Shown: positions 35,058 to 43,527 of the stretch, piece by piece
Position numbering within the stretch: position 1 is the stretch's first letter
Layout: the number at the start of each line of letters is the position of its first letter
Assembly: GCA_964344035.1 (NCBI GenBank)
Contig: CAYFLK010000002.1
Span: forward strand, 2,117-66,116
Direction: 5' to 3'
Length of the DNA: 64,000 nucleotides
Origin: an uncultured Pseudomonadota bacterium
Lineage (GTDB): Bacteria > SAR324 > NAC60-12
Position numbers and translations under genes: made by a program
Notes under the pieces: generated by a model
The model's database searches: none
What the model saw: the letters and a program-made list of their open reading frames with translations, nothing else
Told to the model about the DNA's origin: nothing

Positions 35058-36227
35058 ATGCCGGCATTTGAAAAAGAAGAATACCAGTATCGCATTGCAA
35101 AAGTGCGTAAGAGCATGGACGAAAAAGGTATTGACGTGCTGATTGTTACCGATCCTTCCAACATGGCCTGGCTGACGGGATATGACGGCTGGTCGTTTTA
35201 CGTGCACCAGTGCGTGTTGCTGACACTGGAAGGAGAGCCCTTTTGGTTTGGGCGGGAGATGGATGCGAACGGGGCAAAACGGACGGTGTTCATGAAGCAC
35301 GAAAACATCATCGGCTATACGGATATTTTTGTGCAAAACCCCGAAATGCACCCGATGGATTTGTTAAGTACGGTGTTCATTAATAAAAGCTGGTCGGACA
35401 AATCGATAGGAGTGGAAAAGGATAACTATTATTTTACCGCCTCCTGCCTGGAATCGTTAAGGAGTAATCTGCTGAATGCCGTTTTTGTTGACGCGACCGG
35501 GCTGGTCAACTGGCAGCGCGCCGTCAAGTCCCCGCGCGAATTGGATTATATGCGCAAAGCGGCGCGGATTGTGGAGAAGATGCATGCACGCATCCTGGAA
35601 GTCATGGAACCTGGGATGCGCAAAAACGAACTGGTCGCGGAAATTTATCACTCCGCCATTACCGGGGTGGAAGGCGCGGGAGGCGATTACCCGGCTATTG
35701 TGCCGATGACTCCCAGCGGGGCTGATGCTTCAGCGCCGCACCTGACGTGGGATGATCAGCCGATTACGTACAATTCCGGGACCTTCTTTGAAATTGCAGG
35801 CTGCTACAGGCGTTACCACTGTCCGCTTTCACGCACCGTTTACCTGGGCAAACCCCCACGGAAATACCTTGATGTGGAGAAAGCCGTACTGGAAGGAATC
35901 GATGCAGGACTGGAAACCGCGAAGCCGGGAAATGTTGCCGAAGACATTGAAGCGGCGTGGCGGCGGACGATTGTCAAATACGGGTTCGAAAAGGAAAGCC
36001 GCTGCGGGTATGCAATCGGGTTGAGCTATCCTCCGGACTGGGGTGAGCGCACCGTCAGCTTCCGTCCGGGTGACAAAACGGTGCTGCAGCCAAACATGAC
36101 TTTCCATTTCATGCCCGCCCTCTGGTTTGAGGATTGGGGCATTGAAATCACTGAAAGTATCGTGATCACCGAAAAAGGCGCCGAACCTTTGGCCAATGTG
36201 CCACGCAAGTTATTTGTTAAGCCATAA
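35058..36227 (+). CDS. M24-family (creatinase/prolidase fold) hydrolase, ectoine hydrolase DoeA/EutD-like
   Basis: Creatinase-type N-domain plus pita-bread domain. The segment DPSNMAWLTGYDGWSFYVHQ matches what I recall for DoeA/EutD. This subfamily call is from memory and was not searched. Confidence 0.8.
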   Translation: MPAFEKEEYQYRIAKVRKSMDEKGIDVLIVTDPSNMAWLTGYDGWSFYVHQCVLLTLEGEPFWFGREMDANGAKRTVFMKHENIIGYTDIFVQNPEMHPMDLLSTVFINKSWSDKSIGVEKDNYYFTASCLESLRSNLLNAVFVDATGLVNWQRAVKSPRELDYMRKAARIVEKMHARILEVMEPGMRKNELVAEIYHSAITGVEGAGGDYPAIVPMTPSGADASAPHLTWDDQPITYNSGTFFEIAGCYRRYHCPLSRTVYLGKPPRKYLDVEKAVLEGIDAGLETAKPGNVAEDIEAAWRRTIVKYGFEKESRCGYAIGLSYPPDWGERTVSFRPGDKTVLQPNMTFHFMPALWFEDWGIEITESIVITEKGAEPLANVPRKLFVKP

Positions 36228-36539
36228 ACGTGACTTCACCCTCCGGTGAATGCCAAGCTCCATCCAAAGTGCGGCCCCCCTTTCCCTTCAGGAAAAGCTT
36301 CTCCGGAAATTGAAATTATTTCGCCTTCCTTGTAAGAAATTGCTTGATTGCTACCATATACCCCTATAAGGTATTTATATAGTGACCGGGAAAATCCAGT
36401 TACAGTTTGAAATATAAAATAATATCAGTATATTATATTATACCCTTTAAAAATGAAGAGGGAATATACAAGTGTCTGGATCAGGCGCGGGGCAGTGTGC
36501 TGACGGTAGACCATTGCAAACGACTCAGTTGAGGAGATC

Positions 36540-37211
36540 ATGATGAGTTCGAACGTGAAAAAAATTATCATCCTGTATTCCCTGATCTTCTGCATACCGG
36601 CAATGATGCTTGCCCAGGAAGGAACGCCGGCAGGTGAAGGCACAACGGGAGGACAAGGCATGATGAAGATGAGGGACCAAAGCATGATGGGAGGCTGGAG
36701 GGGCCACGGCTATGGTGGCCCGCACATGCGTGGTCCTTTTTCCAGCAGTTACAGCAGCTATACTACAACCAACAATATTACCAGTTCAGGCACTTCTGAT
36801 TGCATTTGGGGCGGACCGGTTTGCCGTGAAACCTTTGGAAAACAAACTGAACAGGCTGTCTATATCGCCCGGATGATTGATCAGATTTCCGAGAACGCGG
36901 CACGTGGCGCCGGGCCTTATCTGGTGGCTATGGCTCTGTTGATGGATTGTCCCCCTGCGCAGGCCGACTTGTTTTCAAGGGAGGTAAAAGGAAACTACCC
37001 CCTGATTTTTTCACATCCTGCTGCCGCTCATTACCAAAATGGAGTGGCAACTGTTTTAGCGGGGTTTCATCAGGTGATCGACCGTCATGAAACTTTGAGC
37101 CGACTCTGTCTTTCATCTGAAACCGGTTGGGATTCCACTGTTGCGGAGGCCAATTTTATGGTCAGTACAACTTCATCCGGGGAATCGGCAACACCGCGAA
37201 TGAAATTGTAG
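36540..37211 (+). CDS. Secreted DUF3015-like protein with a Met/His/Gly-rich N-terminal insert
   Basis: Signal peptide IIILYSLIFCIPAMMLAQE. Met/His-rich tract GQGMMKMRDQSMMGGWRGHGYGGPHMRG. Core TSSGTSDC...ENAARGAGPYLVAMALLMDC...NYPLIF resembles DUF3015 as I recall it. The last ~127 nt overlap the convergent gene, so the 3' end is uncertain. Confidence 0.55.
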   Translation: MMSSNVKKIIILYSLIFCIPAMMLAQEGTPAGEGTTGGQGMMKMRDQSMMGGWRGHGYGGPHMRGPFSSSYSSYTTTNNITSSGTSDCIWGGPVCRETFGKQTEQAVYIARMIDQISENAARGAGPYLVAMALLMDCPPAQADLFSREVKGNYPLIFSHPAAAHYQNGVATVLAGFHQVIDRHETLSRLCLSSETGWDSTVAEANFMVSTTSSGESATPRMKL

Positions 37212-38974
37212 TTTTCAAATATGTGAAGCATCGCCAGGTTGTCTCGCCGCACGTAAGCCAGCATTTCCCCGATGCCTCTTTTTTGGGCAACCTCGATCAT
37301 TTGCCCCAGCAGGGCTTTTGCCATGCCGGTACAGCGCTTTGTTTCACGCACAACAAAGGCGACCTCAGCCAGGTTTTCCTGTTCGAGTAGAAAATAACGC
37401 CCCACCGCATGGATTTCCTCCATGGGGCCATGGCGCTCGGTAATGCAGAGTGCAAGGTCGCGGCTCTGGTCCACGTTCACCAGTGAATAGGCTTTTTCAC
37501 GTGACATCTGCTTAGGCTGGTGGCGGTAGCGGAGCATCAAGGTTTCCGCATTGTGGGAATAAAAAAACTCCTGCAATCGCCGTTCGTCGGAGGAATGCAG
37601 CGGTCGCATGTAGTACGTCTGCCCGTCCGCCAAGCGGATTTTCTTGATTTCAACCCTGCCCAGTTCCGGGACCAGGGTCGGTTTGCGTTTTGCGTATTGA
37701 GGGACCCAGTACTGCTCCCGCACCCTTTCCAGCAGTTGGTCTCTGAAATTCGGGTGGGCTACCTGGATCAATTCCAGCGCCCTTTCTCGTATGCTTTTCC
37801 CGCGTAGAGTGGCAATCCCGTATTCCGTGACCACGTAGTGCACATCCCCGCGTGATGTGACCACTCCGGAACCCTCGGTGATAAACGGCACAATCCGGGA
37901 CACCGCGCCTTTCCTGGCGGTTGAAGGCAGAGCTATTATCGGACGTCCTCCCGGGCTCATGGCGGCGCCGCGGATAAAATCGACCTGGCCGCCGATTCCG
38001 CTGAAAAAACGGTAACCCACTGAATCGGCTACCACCTGCCCGGTAAGATCAACCTCGATGGCGCTGTTGATGGAAACCATTTTTTCGTTCTGGGCGATCA
38101 CCGCCGGGTTGTTGACATACTCGCTGGGATGGAAATCTATATGCGGGTGCTTGTGCACAAAATCATAAAGTGTGCGCGTACCGATGCAAAAGGAAGAGAC
38201 AACCTTGTGCCGGTGGATGCTTTTTTTGGAGTTGTTTATTATCCCCTTTTGCAGCAGTTCGATCACGCCGTCACTGAACATTTCTGTGTGAATGCCAAGG
38301 TTCCGGTGTTGGTGGAGTCCGCGCAACACTGCGTCAGGAACCTTGCCGATGCCCATTTGCAGAGTTGCTCCGTCATCAATCAGCAGGGAGACATATTCGC
38401 CTATCTGATCCGCCACCGGGTCAGGTCCGCTAGGTTGAAGTTCCGGTAGTGGCTCGCTGACTTCAATGTAAGCATCAATCTCGTTCATGTGAATGAAACT
38501 GTCTCCCATGGTGAAGGGCATCCGGTCGTTGATCTGCGCGATAACCCGGTGGGCGCCGCGGGCTGCGGCATGTACCACGTCCACGGAGACGCCAAGGGAA
38601 CAGAAACCGTGTGGGTCAGGGGGGCTGACCGAGATTAGCGCCACATCGATTGGAAGCGTCTTGTCCCGGAAAAGGGAAGGGATTTCCGAAAGAAAACATG
38701 GTGTATAGTCGGCATAACCTTCATGCACCGCTTCCCTGGTGCTATCTCCCAGAAAAAGCGCATTAAGCTTAAATATGTCTTGGTATTCTCTTTGCGCCCA
38801 GCGATTTTCACCCAAAGTCAGGATGTGCACCACTTCAATGTCATTCAGTGTGCGCCCGTGGTGATCGATCAGATCGTTGACCAGTGCGTTTGGAACGGCG
38901 GCATTAGAACCGATGAAGATGCGGTTGCCCGACTTTAGAAATCGCTTCCAGTCGATTAGGCTCTTTTCGCTCAT
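37085..38974 (-). CDS. Acetyl-CoA hydrolase/transferase-family domain fused to a C-terminal GNAT N-acetyltransferase domain
   Basis: N-terminal 4-hydroxybutyrate-CoA-transferase-like region (...IFIGSNAAVPNALV..., GIGKVPDAV, GIGGQVDF). C-terminal GNAT region (...AFVVRETKRCTGMAKALLGQMIEVAQKRG...). Confidence 0.85.
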   Translation of the reverse strand: MSEKSLIDWKRFLKSGNRIFIGSNAAVPNALVNDLIDHHGRTLNDIEVVHILTLGENRWAQREYQDIFKLNALFLGDSTREAVHEGYADYTPCFLSEIPSLFRDKTLPIDVALISVSPPDPHGFCSLGVSVDVVHAAARGAHRVIAQINDRMPFTMGDSFIHMNEIDAYIEVSEPLPELQPSGPDPVADQIGEYVSLLIDDGATLQMGIGKVPDAVLRGLHQHRNLGIHTEMFSDGVIELLQKGIINNSKKSIHRHKVVSSFCIGTRTLYDFVHKHPHIDFHPSEYVNNPAVIAQNEKMVSINSAIEVDLTGQVVADSVGYRFFSGIGGQVDFIRGAAMSPGGRPIIALPSTARKGAVSRIVPFITEGSGVVTSRGDVHYVVTEYGIATLRGKSIRERALELIQVAHPNFRDQLLERVREQYWVPQYAKRKPTLVPELGRVEIKKIRLADGQTYYMRPLHSSDERRLQEFFYSHNAETLMLRYRHQPKQMSREKAYSLVNVDQSRDLALCITERHGPMEEIHAVGRYFLLEQENLAEVAFVVRETKRCTGMAKALLGQMIEVAQKRGIGEMLAYVRRDNLAMLHIFENYNFIRGVADSPDEVVLTIKLASATVESQPVSDERQSRLKVS

Positions 38975-39366
38975 TTTTTAGATCCTGATTTCTTTGTTTT
39001 GTTTTTTCAAATATAAGGAATGCTGTGTTTCTCTTTCCCTTCCGTTTATGCATATAAAGGTGCAGTAATACTTATACCCCAATTCAGCATAAAAGGGGGC
39101 ACATGTATATCCCCTCGACTTTGGAACAAGACCGGGCGTTATTGAATCAGGGGATGATCTGTAATTGCGTGAGAATTAACCCTTTCCTTGCACAACCCTG
39201 TGCACTTCTTTACTCTGACATTTCGACGTCGGTTTTGCCATTCGTAGATATTCTATGGTATAGAACATATTCCGGTCTGTGGCAGGATTCGATTTGAAGA
39301 TGAAATGGACTTGCTGTTTATTTTGTTTTGAAACCGTTGGAAACACATTTGATGTAAGAAATTGAT

Positions 39367-40152
39367 ATGAATATTCCAGCTAAATTGGATGAACTGCAGC
39401 ACAACCTGCAAAACCTGCCATATGAATTTGATGAAGGAATCCGTGAGCGTGCGGCAATCGGTTTGATCGTGCTGGCAACCGATCAGACAATCGAGCATGA
39501 ATACCGCCTGGTTTTTCAGCTTCCCGGGGTGGCACTGTACCAAAGCCGGATCCGAAATGACCCGCAAATTACTCCGGAAACATTAGCTGCCATGGAACAG
39601 AAACTGACTGAAGCAACGGATGTGATTCTGCCGGGATTGACGTTGGACGTGATCGCTTTTGGATGCACCTCCGCATCGATGATCATCGGTACGGAAAGGA
39701 TCGCGGATATCATCCGCTCCGTGCGCCCCAAGGCAAAAGTAACGAATCCTGTCAGTGCCTCTCTGACAGCATTTGCCTCATTGGGCATGGGACGGATAGC
39801 CCTATTGACACCATACCGGGACGACATCAATCAACAGCTGCGCTATTTTTTCGAGTCACAAGGAATTGCCGTGCCGGCGATGGGTTCGTTCAACGAAGAA
39901 GACGACAACAAGGCAGGCAGGATTTCCCCCGAATCAATTTCAGAAGCAGCCAAGCGGCTGGGTAAAATCTCCGCGGTGGACGGGGTTTTTGTCTCATGCA
40001 CCAACCTGAGGCTGATGGAGAGGGTGGAGGAAATAGAAAATCACCTGGGAATACCGGTGACTTCAAGCAACCACGCGATGGCCTGGCATACGCTTAAACT
40101 GGCGGGCATCAATGAAAAACAGTCAGGATTCGGCAGGCTTTTCCAGAACTGA
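39367..40152 (+). CDS. Asp/Glu/hydantoin-racemase superfamily protein (maleate isomerase / arylmalonate decarboxylase / EutA-like)
   Basis: Two catalytic-Cys contexts, IAFGCTSAS and VFVSCTNL. Length about 260 aa. Confidence 0.8.
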   Translation: MNIPAKLDELQHNLQNLPYEFDEGIRERAAIGLIVLATDQTIEHEYRLVFQLPGVALYQSRIRNDPQITPETLAAMEQKLTEATDVILPGLTLDVIAFGCTSASMIIGTERIADIIRSVRPKAKVTNPVSASLTAFASLGMGRIALLTPYRDDINQQLRYFFESQGIAVPAMGSFNEEDDNKAGRISPESISEAAKRLGKISAVDGVFVSCTNLRLMERVEEIENHLGIPVTSSNHAMAWHTLKLAGINEKQSGFGRLFQN

Positions 40153-40179
40153 AGATGTCAAGTAAGCAGGGCAATAGAT

Positions 40180-40506
40180 TCAGCTCCCCGGGCCGGAACC
40201 GAAGGTGACATACCTTTTGAGGTATTGATAGTTGAGGAAACCATCGGCGGTGAAGAGCTGGGCGCTTTGTTTACGCCGCACGGCAACCGGGATGGTTTTG
40301 CCGGATGATGTGACCTGTCGGCTTTGCATCCTGACAATCCAGTTGATCCGTGTCGATGTTTCCGCACTGAAATGCCTGTATCCCGTGATGAGATGCACCG
40401 CAACCCTAGGTCCGGATTTGGTGCGTTGTTCCCTTTCCTGCGCGAAACCGGCGGAGGTCCAGCAGATACACAGGAAACAAAAAAGGGCGCAGGCAAGTGG
40501 TTTCAT
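40180..40506 (-). CDS. Hypothetical small secreted protein
   Basis: Signal peptide MKPLACALFCFLCICWTSAGFAQE. No recognised motif. Confidence 0.4.
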   Translation of the reverse strand: MKPLACALFCFLCICWTSAGFAQEREQRTKSGPRVAVHLITGYRHFSAETSTRINWIVRMQSRQVTSSGKTIPVAVRRKQSAQLFTADGFLNYQYLKRYVTFGSGPGS

Positions 40507-40698
40507 GGCCTTCTCGGATCATGGTTATAGAAACTATAACATAACAGGCCTCAATTCACCCGTGAAATATAACAGCAACTTCCTGAGTGGCAATCAGAGT
40601 AATATCAGGTTTTCGGATGTTCACAATTTGGTAATGGAATCATTTCACAAAAACCATTGATGGTTCAACTTCCTGCGAAACAGGTTCGTCGTGTGTTT

Positions 40699-42225
40699 TC
40701 AGCATGGAACCTCATCCCTGAAAAGGTTCCGGTATTTTTTTCTCAGAATGGATTTTTGCACCTTGCCCATGCTGTTCCGGGGCAGTTTTTCTACGCATAA
40801 AATCCGTTTGGGAACCTTGAATCCAGCGAACGATTTTCTCAGGCTGGACTGCCAGCCTGCCTCGTCATAAATACCGCCATTTTTCAAAACAGCCACGGCA
40901 GTGACTGCTTCTCCCAAATCCGGATGATGTATTCCGAAAACCGCTGATTCTTCGACTCCATCCTGTTGATCGAGGGCTGATTCGATTTCCTTGGGGTAAA
41001 CGTTCAGTCCGCCGCTGATGATCAGGTCCTTGACACGCCCGACGATGGAGATCACCCCGTTTTTATTCATTTTTGCCATGTCGCCGGTAATGAAGAAACC
41101 GTCTTCACGAAAATCCTCGCGTGTCTTCTCCGGCATGTTCCAATACCCCTTGAACACGTTCGGGCCTTTGATTTCGAGTATTCCCACTTCTCCGGATTCG
41201 AGCTGTTCCCCTGCGTTTGTGCAGACCCTGGCTTCCACTCCGGGGAGGGGCGCCCCGACCGTTTCCGCGATCCGTTCCCCGTTGAGCGGATTCGAGGTGA
41301 TCATCCCTGCTTCAGTCATTCCGTAACGCTCAAGGATGGTATGTCCGCTTCGTTCATGGAAAGCATGGAAAGTTTCCGGCAGGAGAGGGGCGGACCCGGA
41401 GATAAACAAACGCATGTTACGGCAGCATTCACGGTCAAACTCTTCGTTTGCACAAAGCCGTGCGTAGTAAGTGGGAACTCCCATGAACACCGAAGCCCGC
41501 GGAAGTTGGTGGATGATTTCGGGGGCATCGAATTTTTGCAAAAAGATAATCTTCGATGCATTCAGCAGTGCGCAGTGGAGGGCGACAAACAGTCCGTGCA
41601 CATGATAAATCGGCAACGCGTGCAGCAGCACGTCTCCCGGGACCCAGCCCCAGCAGCGATGGAGAGTGAGGGCGTTCGAGGAAAGGTTCCGGTGGGTTAT
41701 CATCGCCCCTTTTGAACGGCCGGTGGTCCCGGATGTGTATAGAATGGCCGCGATGTCATCGCTGCCCCTCGGGATTGTATCGAGGAATGGTTCAACTGAT
41801 GCTGTTTCATCCATCAATGATCCTCCTCCCAGAACGTCAAGAGTGTACACTCGTATTCCACGGATTTTTGTGATGGGGTTTAGCGCCTCTTGTTTTTCGT
41901 GCGTGCATACCAGGATATTCGGAGAAGCGTCTTCAAGAAAATATTGAATCTCCGCGGGCTGATAGGCGGTGTTGAGGGGGAGGTACACCGCCCCGGTCTG
42001 GAGGCAGGCCAGATAGAGAAGAATTGCTTCAGGCGATTTCCCGGTTTGCACCGCAACCCGATCACCCGGACTGACTCCAAGTTTCAGCAGCGTTCCGGCC
42101 AGACGGTTTGTCTCTTCTTCCACTCTGCCGTAAGAATAGTTGCATCTTGTCGGTGATTCAATCGCGCACAGGGAACGGTCTTCGGGAAATCGGTTTAGCA
42201 GCAATTCGTAAATGTTTTCCGACAT
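40699..42225 (-). CDS. matB: Malonyl-CoA synthetase-like AMP-forming ligase
   Basis: The segment GDRVAVQTGKSPEAILLYLACLQTGAVYLPLNTAY...YFLEDA.P..LVC closely follows rhizobial MatB as I recall it. Motifs YTSGTTGRSKGA and ...GKVQK. It lies 47 nt downstream of iolB on the same strand. Confidence 0.8.
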   Translation of the reverse strand: MSENIYELLLNRFPEDRSLCAIESPTRCNYSYGRVEEETNRLAGTLLKLGVSPGDRVAVQTGKSPEAILLYLACLQTGAVYLPLNTAYQPAEIQYFLEDASPNILVCTHEKQEALNPITKIRGIRVYTLDVLGGGSLMDETASVEPFLDTIPRGSDDIAAILYTSGTTGRSKGAMITHRNLSSNALTLHRCWGWVPGDVLLHALPIYHVHGLFVALHCALLNASKIIFLQKFDAPEIIHQLPRASVFMGVPTYYARLCANEEFDRECCRNMRLFISGSAPLLPETFHAFHERSGHTILERYGMTEAGMITSNPLNGERIAETVGAPLPGVEARVCTNAGEQLESGEVGILEIKGPNVFKGYWNMPEKTREDFREDGFFITGDMAKMNKNGVISIVGRVKDLIISGGLNVYPKEIESALDQQDGVEESAVFGIHHPDLGEAVTAVAVLKNGGIYDEAGWQSSLRKSFAGFKVPKRILCVEKLPRNSMGKVQKSILRKKYRNLFRDEVPC

Positions 42226-42272
42226 ACTGAATTGAAAAAGAAAAGTCCGGAAACGAATTGTTTACTGCTTTA

Positions 42273-43079
42273 TCACAGATCAACAATCCATTCGTGTTCC
42301 GGAGCATTTTTGAAGTGCCACGTTCTCTTGGGGCCGGCCATCACATTGAGATAGTACAAGTCGTAACCATGCGGCGCGCCCACGGGATGATAACCCCGCG
42401 GCACCATTACTACGTCCCCGTCGTGAACCGTCATCGTTTCATCCAGCGATCCGTCATCAGTGTAAACGCGCTGAAACGCAAATCCTTGTGATGGATTCAG
42501 CCGGTGATAATAAACTTCCTCGAGGGCGGATTCATCAGGAATATTGTCTGAATCATGCTTGTGTGGCGGGTAACTGGACCAGCAGCCACCAGGGGTGATG
42601 ACTTCGACTACAAGCAGGTTGTCAGCAGGTTCGGTTTCGGGAAGGATGTTGCATACATGCCGCGTGTTTGTGCTGCGTCCCCGTGTTTCGCGTCCCATCG
42701 CTTCCGGCCGGATCAAGCGTGCCTGATGGTTTCCGCAACCTGGGGCGAGGCATACCGCCAGTTCCAAATCGGTGCGCGCCGTAACTGTGTATTCCTCTCC
42801 ATCCGGCAGGTAAACAGCGAACGGCGCCCTGTCCTCAAAAACATCCATGCGTTCCCCGAGGTCCGACCAGGATTTGTTCCGCGTGCGTATGTCCGCCTTC
42901 CCGGATACAAGCACCAGGCATACTTCGCGGTCCCCGGTCTGTCGAGAATGCAATTGCCCGGGTTGCAGATAAAATACCTCGAAACCGACTCTTTCCCATC
43001 CCGCGGATGCCGGGGTTATGCATTGGGTTTTTCCCGATTCGTCCGGGGCTTGGCTGCGGCTTAAAAGTGTGGTCATCAT
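42273..43079 (-). CDS. iolB: 5-deoxy-glucuronate isomerase
   Basis: Cupin core ...YPPHKHD...EEVYYHR...GFAFQRVYT...VVMVPRGYHPV..PHGYDLYYLNVMAGP. The start is placed at MMTTLL (43079) to avoid overlapping the upstream XRE gene. Confidence 0.85.
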   Translation of the reverse strand: MMTTLLSRSQAPDESGKTQCITPASAGWERVGFEVFYLQPGQLHSRQTGDREVCLVLVSGKADIRTRNKSWSDLGERMDVFEDRAPFAVYLPDGEEYTVTARTDLELAVCLAPGCGNHQARLIRPEAMGRETRGRSTNTRHVCNILPETEPADNLLVVEVITPGGCWSSYPPHKHDSDNIPDESALEEVYYHRLNPSQGFAFQRVYTDDGSLDETMTVHDGDVVMVPRGYHPVGAPHGYDLYYLNVMAGPKRTWHFKNAPEHEWIVDL

Positions 43080-43104
43080 ACATCCTGTTATGCGGTTATG
43101 GGTA

Positions 43105-43368
43105 TCATTGTTCAGGGGACACCAGGTGGATTTCCAGTTCGCAACCCACTGCTTCAGCATAACGCCGCAATGTGGCGATCGATGGTGAATGCCTGCTGCT
43201 GCCTCCTCCGGACTCCAGCCTGGCCACCGCGGGAGGCTTGGTGCCCATCCGTTCCGCCACCTGGGCCTGTGTCAGCCCCGCCTGTTTGCGCGCTTTCAGA
43301 AGCTCGTCAAACAGTGAAAATTTCGGCTCCAGCGCATCATACTCGGTTTTAAATGCAGGGTCATCCAT
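43105..43368 (-). CDS. XRE-family helix-turn-helix protein (HigA/antitoxin-like, 87 aa)
   Basis: HTH segment LLKARKQAGLTQAQVAERMGTKPPAVARLESGG. A C-terminal tail is typical of small XRE antitoxins or regulators. Confidence 0.8.
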   Translation of the reverse strand: MDDPAFKTEYDALEPKFSLFDELLKARKQAGLTQAQVAERMGTKPPAVARLESGGGSSRHSPSIATLRRYAEAVGCELEIHLVSPEQ

Positions 43369-43474
43369 CTATTTGTCTACCATTTCTTCATGAGATTTCA
43401 TGATAATCTCCTTTTATCGCCATGGCTGATCTTTGTATAAAAAATGCTCTTACCATTCCATATTAAAGGACGCC

Positions 43475-43502
43475 ATATTAACGCATATGTTAACTCAGTC
43501 AA
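43475..43502 (-). promoter_or_regulatory. Sigma70-like promoter (TTGACT-N16-TAATAT, minus strand) with an inverted repeat TTAAC-N6-GTTAA in the spacer
   Basis: The minus strand reads TTGACTgagttaacatatgcgtTAATAT. The inverted repeat is at 43478-43493. It lies between the iolC stop and the XRE gene. Confidence 0.35.
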
Positions 43503-43527
43503 GAAAATTGTTTATTTTCAGGGCGGA

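Noticed and set aside
36356-36380. ATATACCCCTATAAGGTATTTATAT, considered as a CsoR-type copper-repressor operator
   Set aside because: On checking base by base, only 5-bp arms pair (ATACC/GGTAT). The G-tract half expected for CsoR sites is missing, and no csoR gene is in the window. I kept it only as a weak note under the DUF3015 finding.
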